Source of the DNA: Bdellovibrionota bacterium FG-2
GTDB lineage: Bacteria > Bdellovibrionota > UBA1018
Assembly (NCBI GenBank): GCA_051382305.1
Contig: JBBCAV010000168.1
Span: forward strand, 1 to 56,397
DNA length: 56,397 nucleotides
Direction: 5' to 3'
Positions 48,088-56,226 of the stretch are shown here, piece by piece. Position 1 is the stretch's first letter. Each line of letters starts with the position of its first letter. Both the position numbers and the translations under genes were made by a program. Below the pieces are notes generated by a model. It had not been told where the DNA came from. It saw only the letters and a program-made list of their open reading frames with translations, and did no database searches.

Positions 48088-48411
48088 TTACGCGGTGGGA
48101 TTGGACCGTGAAACCCATTCCCAATTCATTGCCGTATAGGGATCGTAATAGTTGATTTTTAGCCCTGGTAGCTGCTGGATTATGCCGAGATTGACCCATT
48201 CCTTGAGCTGCTTTTTTGCAATATAAGCGGGGACCATTCCCTTGAAATATTGAATTTCAGACCAGTTCGATTCCGTTCTAATCTTAAATAGAATGGTGTT
48301 CATTATCTGACGAGAAGTATATTTCTTGGTGACGACCGATCCGGGTGGGATGAGGGGTTTAATTTGTGACCAGACTGGTGCCGGAATCTGCCAACGTAAA
48401 CGAGCTTGCAT
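48088..48411 (-). CDS. IS5-family transposase N-terminal (DUF4096-like) domain only
   Basis: W..IKPLIP...RQIMNTILF..RT...W..I...W...GI; no DDE domain follows. Confidence 0.65.
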   Translation of the reverse strand: MQARLRWQIPAPVWSQIKPLIPPGSVVTKKYTSRQIMNTILFKIRTESNWSEIQYFKGMVPAYIAKKQLKEWVNLGIIQQLPGLKINYYDPYTAMNWEWVSRSNPTA

Positions 48412-48523
48412 AGATTTGTCTCCGAAAAAGAGGTTCAAACAAACGCAATCGGTTTCAATTTTTCACGAAGCAAGATCAGGTCTTTTTATATCACAGTTTT
48501 TGGCGACATCACAACAGGCCCGT

Positions 48524-49105
48524 CTAATTGGGTTTACTTTCTTTTTGGGTAACGGTGCCAGAGTTACTCTGGTTTAACAGTTTCGCAACGTAACGCTCTA
48601 AATCTGCCTCAGTGTTAATGCCAAACGGCGGAAACCACTCACTCGCAGTTTCTGGAGATTTTCTATAGCGACGCGAGTAAAGCCGCGTAGGTCTAAAACA
48701 CCTAGAAACCCAGGCCCAAGTCAGGCCATTGCTATCGTGAAAACCCACCCAACTTAACCGCTGAAGGTTACCTAAGAAACCCGCCTTTTCCCATTGTCCC
48801 AAAATCCTCATCATGGTCGCTTTGCTTGGCGCGCCCATACGATGAAGATCCTTCCAGCTGTATCCGTAGTAAAACTTGATCAAGGAGATGCGAACAATAT
48901 CTTCAAAAGAAATCGGTGAGCGCCCAATACCCCGTTGAGATGCTTCAAGACATCGTGGCGGAACCGCAGAAAGGACTTGTTTGACGACTTTATCGGGGAT
49001 AGGAAACGCACTGAGGAGAGGGTAGAAGTTGTAGTTATGAGACCATCGTTTTTCAATTCGCTCGCGATCCACAGAAACCATCTCCTGCCCAGCTAACAAT
49101 ATCAT
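48524..49105 (-). CDS. Second, more divergent DUF4096-like protein
   Basis: VPP...GRSPI...DIV...G.SWKDL...PSKATMMR...W..AG; no DDE domain. Confidence 0.55.
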   Translation of the reverse strand: MILLAGQEMVSVDRERIEKRWSHNYNFYPLLSAFPIPDKVVKQVLSAVPPRCLEASQRGIGRSPISFEDIVRISLIKFYYGYSWKDLHRMGAPSKATMMRILGQWEKAGFLGNLQRLSWVGFHDSNGLTWAWVSRCFRPTRLYSRRYRKSPETASEWFPPFGINTEADLERYVAKLLNQSNSGTVTQKESKPN

Positions 49106-49322
49106 AGACTTAGGTTGTAATTCCAGGCGCTAGCCTATTTTTTTAGTTATCATCATCCTATAATGTGCTGATACTGGGTTGCAAATATAGGCCAATTTTC
49201 AGGGGTATTATCGCTTTTGTATCGCGACCGTTATCTCCAAACATTGAGAAATTGATTGCACAAAAATCCGTTGCGACAGTCTCTCTCAACTGCGAGCTTT
49301 CTGCACGCTCTGCAACAGCGAT

Positions 49323-49733
49323 TCAAAGTGGTGTAAAATAATCAGACCCTGAGAAATCTCTCACACCCGCGAGGAACAGCCAATGACCAATCAAGGTGGA
49401 TACTGCCTCGGATTGATTCATGACCGAAAACTTTTTTGAAAACGGTTTTTCTGCGCGTTTAAGAGGACGATCAAGCTTATAGGTCACAATTTTCTGTTGG
49501 CGCCTTTGGTAATCGTAATAGACCCATGACCCGTCTTTTCGGCCTTTGATGAAGAAGCCTTGATAATCCACGCGTCCATCAGGAAGGTAGAACGTCCACG
49601 GGCCTGTCCGAAGCGAATAAGTTATCTGCCCTTCAGCTTTCTTTTCTCCATCGGAATATCTCTCTACTTTCCAGCCGCCGCCCATGCATTCAATATACAC
49701 CCGCATTAGTCTGAAGAGAATACCGCCAAGCAT
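49323..49733 (-). CDS. MORN2-repeat (YwqK-like) protein; start may be ATG 49685
   Basis: Y.DG.K..EG......G.W..Y..DG....G....G.KDG.W.YY repeats. Confidence 0.7.
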   Translation of the reverse strand: MLGGILFRLMRVYIECMGGGWKVERYSDGEKKAEGQITYSLRTGPWTFYLPDGRVDYQGFFIKGRKDGSWVYYDYQRRQQKIVTYKLDRPLKRAEKPFSKKFSVMNQSEAVSTLIGHWLFLAGVRDFSGSDYFTPL

Positions 49734-49746
49734 ATTTCTGTATGGA

Positions 49747-50838
49747 TTACTGCGACTGCGCCATGGGAATATCTGAAATCAATTCAAGATTTGGTAATGC
49801 CACTGAGGTATGGGTGATGTCGCGAAGCCCCTTCAATCTCACTTCTATCTTCCCCAATGACCTCACCCTGAACCCATGAATCATGTCATCCAATTGGATT
49901 TTGTATCCCGGTGTTGGCAATCGGCTCACCGCCAACTGCGATGGATTTCGGATTGTCAATACAGCAAGACACTGGTTTTGCAATCCCTCCACAAACTGGG
50001 CAGGTCCCTCTATGAGCAATTGAATCGGATTCTGCGATATCATTGCGATCACCTTATAAAAATTGTCATCGGCCCGAAACAGCGTTGCTGCTGCAGGAAT
50101 CCATTGAGTCCCCATACTAGTCCTACTTCTGGCAGCGGTGATTTGCGCATCATAGCAAGATCGAAATACGGATTCGGTAAGCGGATAACCCATTGTCTCA
50201 ATTTCCTTTTTCATTGCCAATGCCTCTGCTTGCTTAATCGGTTCTATATTCTTTTTGTAGAATAGATCGTACTCGCGCGCGTATATATCCCGCTTCTCTT
50301 TGGAAACCTCAAAAATGAGGTGACTCCTCTCAGATTCGGGTGTCCAGTACCCCCCCCCAGATTGGGGCGTCCAGTCTCCCCCAATAGGAAACAAAGGTGT
50401 AACCCGGTTCTCTGATTCCGGCCCCTTATACCAAACATGCAAATCAACACGATCCGCATCCTTGATGCATTTGCTGGTAGCAAGGCCAAGAAACGCCGGG
50501 GGCAGATCGCCTTTTGTCAAGGCAAGATCTGCACGCCATGGCTCCTCCTCTCCCTTAGGAGCGCATGTAAAAATAACCAGTCCATCCAGTACCTCTTTGG
50601 AAGGATCACACAAGAGAGTGCCACGCTGGGACGGATCAGAACTTTGACATGGAAGACCTTTGAAAACCCTTATCCGATTTGTCTTCAAGAGCGCATTGGG
50701 GTCAACTGGTGCTAATGTGAAAAAGAATCCTTCATACGTGGAAAGAAGTTGTGGTTTTTTCGGTGCTGTCGCACACCCTGATCCCATTAGCATTTCGACT
50801 GTGGCAACTGCGACTAAGATGAATGTAGTTATCTTCAT
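49747..50838 (-). CDS. Lipoprotein, unknown function
   Basis: GGAG RBS, MKITTF... signal with lipobox GSGC. Confidence 0.7.
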   Translation of the reverse strand: MKITTFILVAVATVEMLMGSGCATAPKKPQLLSTYEGFFFTLAPVDPNALLKTNRIRVFKGLPCQSSDPSQRGTLLCDPSKEVLDGLVIFTCAPKGEEEPWRADLALTKGDLPPAFLGLATSKCIKDADRVDLHVWYKGPESENRVTPLFPIGGDWTPQSGGGYWTPESERSHLIFEVSKEKRDIYAREYDLFYKKNIEPIKQAEALAMKKEIETMGYPLTESVFRSCYDAQITAARSRTSMGTQWIPAAATLFRADDNFYKVIAMISQNPIQLLIEGPAQFVEGLQNQCLAVLTIRNPSQLAVSRLPTPGYKIQLDDMIHGFRVRSLGKIEVRLKGLRDITHTSVALPNLELISDIPMAQSQ

Positions 50839-50935
50839 TTTCTCCCCACTTTTAGGCATTCTTCTTTTCCATGACAGAGAGCCTTTTGCCCAATAAGCTC
50901 AGTCGCTACTCAAGAATCCACCGTAACTCATGGCT

Positions 50936-51871
50936 TCATTTGAACCCCATACTCTCTGCTGCCGCCTGCTTGCATTCTTGGTCCGTACCAAACCGCATGC
51001 ACTCTTCACTAATTGGCTCAAGACAATCCAACAGCCCTTGAATCCTGTGTATGTCTGTAGTCTGATTTCTACAGCCTGCGAATAAGCGAACCCACCTCAT
51101 CTTTTCAAAGCTCGAATGATCATTCTTTGATGCAATATTTCTTGAGGTCCTCCTGTCCTGTGCCTCAACCGAAATCAACAGGGCATCTCCAATAGACGCC
51201 ACTGTCACAAGTCGTCCAGGATACGAGAAATTCTTCTTCTGATTTGGATTCTCATTAGCGAAATTGACAAGCTTTATAGACTCTCTTCCAGGAGACTGTC
51301 CCGGCAATACGTTACCAATAAAACCCAAAGTCAATACCGATGCCGCCAGATTATGTGCTTCGCCCCCAGTAACTTTCAGAAGGAGCGATGCCGACTTGAG
51401 AGATCTCTTATCACCAACAAGTTGAATTTGGGCATTTCCAGACGTCGACCGTCCGACGTAATTAAGCAGCCCATCAACCGGGGCTCCCCTAATGACTTCT
51501 GGAAAATATTCCCCAAAAGGCCCCTGGAGTACCTGCTGGTGAGAAAGTGGAACCACCTTGCTAGCTTTATTGTTTTCTACTGTTTTGGTAAAATCTTGAG
51601 GCACACCCCCTGATCGCCGCTTTTCTTGTCCTACAGTTTGTACCGCTGTTTTCGCTTCCTTGAAAGCATTCGCATCTTCCTGCTTAGGCGCGAACGCTCC
51701 GGTCAAAGCCCAGCACACAATTGCAGGCAAACCAAACCTTATGGCGACTTGCCAACGCGTATGCTTGACGGGGTCCTTTACTGCATCTTTTAAAGCTGCC
51801 GCAGGATTGATAAGTCCAAAGATCAATCCGAAACTGAACAAAACCCAAAGCACCATAAAAACGTAAACCAT
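50936..51871 (-). CDS. Membrane-anchored hypothetical protein
   Basis: GGAGG RBS, two N-terminal TMs (GLINP motif), C-terminal four-Cys helical domain. Confidence 0.7.
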   Translation of the reverse strand: MVYVFMVLWVLFSFGLIFGLINPAAALKDAVKDPVKHTRWQVAIRFGLPAIVCWALTGAFAPKQEDANAFKEAKTAVQTVGQEKRRSGGVPQDFTKTVENNKASKVVPLSHQQVLQGPFGEYFPEVIRGAPVDGLLNYVGRSTSGNAQIQLVGDKRSLKSASLLLKVTGGEAHNLAASVLTLGFIGNVLPGQSPGRESIKLVNFANENPNQKKNFSYPGRLVTVASIGDALLISVEAQDRRTSRNIASKNDHSSFEKMRWVRLFAGCRNQTTDIHRIQGLLDCLEPISEECMRFGTDQECKQAAAESMGFK

Positions 51872-51923
51872 ATTTCACACCCTCCATAATAGTGGCTGGC
51901 TCATCCCTCCTGAACGCCTGTGC

Positions 51924-52280
51924 TCATTTGACTAAAGTCGCCTCCATTTTTTTGCAGGCCTTGTGGCTATCAAAATAATATTTTATCGAAGCCCCGCTTC
52001 CACAGTCGAGGATTGCGCCATCAGGTCTTTTTTCAACTCGACATTTTGTTACTTGTCCCGTCATTCGAGCCAATTTCTGTGCGACGCCCTGTAATATCTG
52101 AACTTCTTTGAAAGCATTGTGCCGACTTTGCTTAGGCTCACATGGACTAAACGGCTTGTCTGTCATTCTCCACATTTTTGTTTGACCAGCATGGACGCTG
52201 AGAGACCCAAATCCGACGATTACCGCAACAATGAGAATCCAGACAGGTGCATTAGGGTTTACGCTTGCCATACATTTCAT
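51924..52280 (-). CDS. Small secreted protein with four Cys in the mature part
   Basis: Signal peptide ending VHA; ATGA-coupled to the XRE gene. Confidence 0.6.
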   Translation of the reverse strand: MKCMASVNPNAPVWILIVAVIVGFGSLSVHAGQTKMWRMTDKPFSPCEPKQSRHNAFKEVQILQGVAQKLARMTGQVTKCRVEKRPDGAILDCGSGASIKYYFDSHKACKKMEATLVK

Positions 52281-52618
52281 TTGTCCTCATCATCCGGAAA
52301 CATGCTGTCGATGTTTTCATCCAGTGGAAGTTCAACTGATATTTTCGCCCATCCAGAAAAGAACTTTTTTGTTGGGATCTTTGAAAGCGGCAACCCTTTA
52401 TTGATTTTGCCAAACAAGAGAAAATCAATGGACCGACCAAAATATTCTGAAAGAGCTAGCAGGTGCTCTGGCTTAGAGGTATTTACTCCGTTCAAAAGTC
52501 CCGACAGGGTAGCTTTTGGGATTCCGGTTGCCGTACAAACTTCTTTAGAACCCACCCCCTTGTCCTTCATTAGGGCCTTTAGGGTTTTATCTAAAATGGG
52601 TTTTAGCTTTTGCCTCAT
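52277..52618 (-). CDS. XRE/Cro-CI-type HTH repressor
   Basis: LKALMKDKG...EVCTATGIPKATLSGLLNG...LSEYF..SIDFLLFG. Confidence 0.9.
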   Translation of the reverse strand: MRQKLKPILDKTLKALMKDKGVGSKEVCTATGIPKATLSGLLNGVNTSKPEHLLALSEYFGRSIDFLLFGKINKGLPLSKIPTKKFFSGWAKISVELPLDENIDSMFPDDEDK

Positions 52619-52659
52619 GTACTTTTATCTCGGACTTTCCGTCCTCTGCCTTAAAGGTT

Positions 52660-52696
52660 GTTCGTGTTCATGAACCGTGGGTTCGTAAACGCGAAC
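52660..52696. promoter_or_regulatory. Two GTTC-N8-GAAC operators upstream of the XRE gene
   Basis: GTTCGTGTTCATGAAC (52660-52675) and GTTCGTAAACGCGAAC (52681-52696), 21 bp apart. Confidence 0.65.
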
Positions 52697-52735
52697 TGAT
52701 ACTAAATTGTTTTGGCAACTCATTGCTGACTCTCG

Positions 52736-53512
52736 CTAGTCATTCCAGCCAACCCGTGTCGTCGAAAAAGAAGTGGTTGTGGAACAATCTAGATTGTTTT
52801 TATTAAACTCGTAGGACGGTGAAATAATAGGCGGCGCTGATGGTGATTTTTCTAAGGTTTGGGTACAGGGGCTTTCAACCTGTTCCTGATTCCTTATTAA
52901 GATGCCCATGATTGTGGTCGTGCTTATCGCTCCTTCCAGAGCCCCCTTAATGCCCCTGATTGAAAGCCCCTCATTGCGGAGGCCTATAACCCGAGCAGCC
53001 AGTACGGGGGTTGCGAGCAGAGGTCTGCCGCACCTCCATCCGTTACCAGTTCTCTGCGCCGTCAGCTTTTTAACAGCGAGTGCCGTTTTTATCCTCTCCC
53101 GAGTCAATTCTCTTTCGAGCTCCGCAATCGCCCCTAAAATTGTTAGCGCTGCGCGACCCATAGGCGTCGTAAAATCAATACTCTCTCGCAGGCTTATGAG
53201 TGAGACACCATAAGCCTCAAGCTCAGTAATAAGGTTAAGTAGATGCCGAGTATTGCGCCCGAGGCGGTCGATGCCGGAAACAATTACAACCTTAAACTTT
53301 CCCGCTCTTCCATCCTTAATTAAGTTATCGAGTCCTGGGCGCCGCTCACGGGCTCCACTTATTCCTTCGTCAACGTACTCTCTTGTGAGGTCAAAGCCCC
53401 GAGCTTGAGCAAACTGGCGGATGCCAACCAGTTGATTCTCTGGGTCCTGTCCGAGCAAGGTACTCACTCTTGCATACGCGCAGACTTTAATTTTATGGTT
53501 CCTGTTTTCCAT
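52736..53512 (-). CDS. Serine recombinase (resolvase/invertase family)
   Basis: YARVST catalytic Ser, D.GISG...RPGL, DRLGRN, AELER..T.ER, GRP. Confidence 0.95.
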   Translation of the reverse strand: MENRNHKIKVCAYARVSTLLGQDPENQLVGIRQFAQARGFDLTREYVDEGISGARERRPGLDNLIKDGRAGKFKVVIVSGIDRLGRNTRHLLNLITELEAYGVSLISLRESIDFTTPMGRAALTILGAIAELERELTRERIKTALAVKKLTAQRTGNGWRCGRPLLATPVLAARVIGLRNEGLSIRGIKGALEGAISTTTIMGILIRNQEQVESPCTQTLEKSPSAPPIISPSYEFNKNNLDCSTTTSFSTTRVGWND

Positions 53513-53794
53513 AGCCCCCCCGTCCCAACACGTTATGGTGTGTAGGGTGGGTTCGTTCTATGGAAAACGGATCGGGACAGTCGAGTCAAAGCGACAGGGA
53601 TTGTAGAGAACGTGAAATTGATTGCACGGTAGTGGAGGCATTTAGAAAACTCAAAATTCGTTGCACTCCTGCACTGACGTCAAATTGGCTGCTTGAAACC
53701 CCAGCGGAACTCATAATCAGGGATCGTCCCGATCTCAATCAAACCAAAGGGCAATCCATACTCGTTTTTGCTCCAAAAACCCGTTTCCATAGAT

Positions 53795-54316
53795 TCAAAA
53801 TTTCTTAAGGCGGATATCTTTGGCCGCCAAGTCGGCGAGCTGGCTGCGGAGGCTATTACGCAGCTCCTTGTCTAGCTTGCTCTTCCCACCCCAATTCATA
53901 CCAATTATTCCGCAATGACCATCAGCCCCGGGACGCGTGTCTTTCACCTTTGCGCCCCCCGGACCGTCAACCGTTGCCTCAAACCACTGAACCTCTAGTG
54001 AAGGATACTCTGGCTTCGAATCTGGTATCGGGCGCGATGCGCGAACAGCGCGAACTTCCAGACCACATACGAGAGATTTGATTTTCTCTTTTCCGGAAAG
54101 AACGATTGATTGCTCAGGGGTTGTCAATGAGTCCTCGAACGCCGACAAGTGCGGTAATGACGACGCTTTGTCAGCAGTAGACAGCTCAAGTGCCTTGGGA
54201 TTGATCTTTCCAATGTCGGCATCCATGTTATCGGCCGCCACGACCCTCAGTATTTTCGAATCTTCATGCAGTGATTCGCCGTCTTTTCCTGGTTTAATCG
54301 AAAATCTCAAGTTCAT
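53795..54316 (-). CDS. Hypothetical protein, possible ADP-ribosyltransferase-like toxin
   Basis: ILRVV, LSAF and late GHCGI motifs; last gene of the TIGR04255 operon; start at ATG 54316. Confidence 0.45.
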   Translation of the reverse strand: MNLRFSIKPGKDGESLHEDSKILRVVAADNMDADIGKINPKALELSTADKASSLPHLSAFEDSLTTPEQSIVLSGKEKIKSLVCGLEVRAVRASRPIPDSKPEYPSLEVQWFEATVDGPGGAKVKDTRPGADGHCGIIGMNWGGKSKLDKELRNSLRSQLADLAAKDIRLKKF

Positions 54317-54320
54317 AACC

Positions 54321-54896
54321 CTAAAAAAATCTAAATGGTGTAAGCACTTTGTTGATCTTTTGAGAAAGCATATGATCTTTCTCAAGGTTACCAATATCGT
54401 ATTCATCACTCCAAATTAACCCCGACTCTCGATCACGATAGAAAATCTCAGCCTTGCCATCGTCAGAAAATTGTAATTCAAGGTGATGATTCTCTGTATC
54501 CAAGTTAAAATGAATTTCACCCTCGCCTCCTGAGCAGGCATCAGGGATTGGCGTGCCCGCGCCACTCGCTCTGGCAAACTCCTGCCAAGCCATCCAATAT
54601 CGATCCAAATTAGCTATCGAAATCTTTTCCCTGCCGGCAAGGTTTGTCATATAATTAAACAACTTTTGCTGACGTTGTCGCAGAATCTCTTCCGCTGCCA
54701 AACGCTGGACAAGCATCAACCGGTCGATCCCTTCTCTATAGTGAACAGCTGCCTTCCCAAGACGTATTGCGACGTCTCCCTCGCTAGTCACTTGAGATGA
54801 ACCGATAGAGCTAAAACCAAAACCAAGTTGCATCACCACTGAATTAGCGACAACTGTGGTCCTCCGAACAGCACCTGTGGAAGTAGCCGTCATCAT
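54321..54896 (-). CDS. Hypothetical protein, possible antitoxin
   Basis: ATGA-coupled to the TIGR04255 gene; low-complexity N-terminus; P.P......GEI...L...LELQF..DG C-terminal domain. Confidence 0.55.
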   Translation of the reverse strand: MMTATSTGAVRRTTVVANSVVMQLGFGFSSIGSSQVTSEGDVAIRLGKAAVHYREGIDRLMLVQRLAAEEILRQRQQKLFNYMTNLAGREKISIANLDRYWMAWQEFARASGAGTPIPDACSGGEGEIHFNLDTENHHLELQFSDDGKAEIFYRDRESGLIWSDEYDIGNLEKDHMLSQKINKVLTPFRFF

Positions 54897-55642
54897 TTGT
54901 ACATCCCCATTGTCTTCTCGGTAATGCTTCCAAAAAATACATCATTCTTAAACCCATGCAGGTCTTCCAGGTGCTTACGGAGGACCGCTTCGTCGAACCC
55001 GAATAAACCTTGCTTAAATGCATTTAAGTCGAAAATGACCGTCGGTCCGGGCCCCCCCGGGTTAGGTTGAGCTACTTGAACGACCCCGCAATTTGCGCTG
55101 ATCGCTTCATTACTAAGTACAAACTGCATAGAGTAGCCCGAGAATGGAAGCGCGATCTTAGGCCCCAGTACCGGATTTGTAAGAAAATACTCCTGCAAAT
55201 CTAAAATCGCATTTGGAAACTCAAATCGATTGATATAGCGAAGCACAATTTGTGTAACTTGTTTCGGCTTATACACGCTTAGGTAGTGCGTCCAAGTGTC
55301 AAAAAAAGATTTAGAGAAACCCGCCCATCCAACATAAGGCTTTAGCTGGCTATAAGTGATGCCTCCCCTATCCACTTGAATCACATTTAGTTTATCTGTG
55401 GAATCTAAACGTAATCGCCGTCGCCCCATCGATTGGAGAGAAGGTCCTGCATCACCGCCGACAGAAATTTGTGCTTCCCATTGCTGCACTTCTTTCGCTT
55501 CCGGAAATCCCTGAACAAGCAGCTTCTTGAGCTCATCGAGCTTGACACTTTCTTCGTTCTCTCCGACAGACGGATCCACTCGGAAGTCGATCAGTGCTTC
55601 TAGGATTGGCGCCCTGGGAAGGTAGGTGTATTCTCCCGTCAT
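54893..55642 (-). CDS. TIGR04255-family protein
   Basis: LPRAPILEALIDFR, PY.GW..F, LRYINRF, IFDL, F...IT motifs. Confidence 0.85.
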   Translation of the reverse strand: MTGEYTYLPRAPILEALIDFRVDPSVGENEESVKLDELKKLLVQGFPEAKEVQQWEAQISVGGDAGPSLQSMGRRRLRLDSTDKLNVIQVDRGGITYSQLKPYVGWAGFSKSFFDTWTHYLSVYKPKQVTQIVLRYINRFEFPNAILDLQEYFLTNPVLGPKIALPFSGYSMQFVLSNEAISANCGVVQVAQPNPGGPGPTVIFDLNAFKQGLFGFDEAVLRKHLEDLHGFKNDVFFGSITEKTMGMYK

Positions 55643-55758
55643 CTCTTTCCAAAGTAATTGAATTTTCAATACTTGGCCATATTCGAATGTATCTCAACCA
55701 CAAAAACAGACTGACTTTCTGCGCCATCCCGAGATTGCGTCAAATCGATGCCGCCCCC

Positions 55759-55784
55759 TGATTTGCTGCCCTTTTGCTGCCCAT
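55759..55784 (+). repeat. Integrase arm-type sites, right end (2x TTTGCTGCCC)
   Basis: TGATTTGCTGCCCTTTTGCTGCCCAT, same orientation as the left-end copy. Confidence 0.8.
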
Positions 55785-55836
55785 CCCTAGCTACAAACAG
55801 ATCGCTTGGTATCCCGGTGAGTCGCTTGCACCGTTT

Positions 55837-55849
55837 CAAGTTGTTGATA
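55837..55849 (-). promoter_or_regulatory. IHF consensus site between arm sites and att core
   Basis: Reverse strand reads TATCAACAACTTG, a perfect WATCAANNNNTTR match. Confidence 0.6.
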
Positions 55850-55903
55850 TTTCAGAATTTCCTTTTCTGATCAAGAGGTTGAAGAGTTGGATTGCCGCCC
55901 CCT

Positions 55904-55918
55904 CCTCCTGAGCCATTT
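55904..55918 (+). repeat. att core copy 2 (tRNA 3'-end-like)
   Basis: CCTCCTGAGCCATTT, identical to 40911-40925. Confidence 0.85.
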
Positions 55919-55922
55919 CAGT

Positions 55923-55956
55923 AGGCCTCTCGCAAAGAAATTTGTGGGAGGCTTTT
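55923..55956 (+). terminator. Intrinsic terminator just after att copy 2
   Basis: AGGCCTCTCGCAAA-GAAA-TTTGTGGGAGGCTT followed by TT. Confidence 0.75.
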
Positions 55957-55958
55957 AA

Positions 55959-55971
55959 TATCAACTACTTA
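55959..55971 (+). promoter_or_regulatory. IHF consensus site right of att copy 2
   Basis: TATCAACTACTTA, a perfect WATCAANNNNTTR match. Confidence 0.6.
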
Positions 55972-56036
55972 GGATTCAAGCAGTTACGATTCAGGAGTAG
56001 CCTCGGTATTTCCCGATCAGTCGCGAGATTTCGGGA

Positions 56037-56068
56037 TTTTCCTATTTTCTTCCTACAATTTTCCTACG
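56037..56068 (+). repeat. TTCCTA(C) repeats, candidate arm sites shared with the ICE right end
   Basis: TTTTCCTATTTTCTTCCTACAATTTTCCTACG; TTCCTACAAT also occurs at 40858-40867. Confidence 0.5.
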
Positions 56069-56186
56069 AAACGGCTCGTTTAAAACGGCACGAAAGGCGC
56101 GTATCTGCGCGCTTTGTTCGTGTTCGTAACCCTTTCAATTCAGAAAGGAGGACGGATGCCGCCTAAACACAAACCCCCGTGAAATG

Positions 56187-56226
56187 AAAAAGCCCAGGAC
56201 CATTTCTTTTAATGTGTCCCAGGCTT
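56187..56226 (-). terminator. Intrinsic terminator for a minus-strand transcript entering from the right
   Basis: Reverse strand reads AAGCCTGGGAC...GTCCTGGGCTTTTT. Confidence 0.6.

Larger units (their letters stand above)
40911..55918. mobile_element. Roughly 15 kb integrative (probably mobilizable/satellite) element
   Basis: Flanking 15-bp direct repeats, matching arm-type repeats inside both ends, int/xis, Rep_trans gene; all plausible genes are on the minus strand. Confidence 0.85.

Noticed and set aside
53560-53808. Plus-strand 82-aa ORF
   Set aside because: It opposes all neighbouring genes, has no RBS or motif, and likely overlaps a res/promoter region.
40911-55918. Prophage or PICI call for the second element
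   Set aside because: No terminase, capsid, portal or primase-helicase genes are recognised.
55860-56010. Intact tRNA gene at either att copy; TCAGGAGTAGC at 55991 resembles the matching tRNA 5' end
   Set aside because: No T-loop (GTTCRA) precedes either GCCA. The 5'-like fragment lies downstream of the 3' fragment and does not continue into a cloverleaf, so it may be chance.
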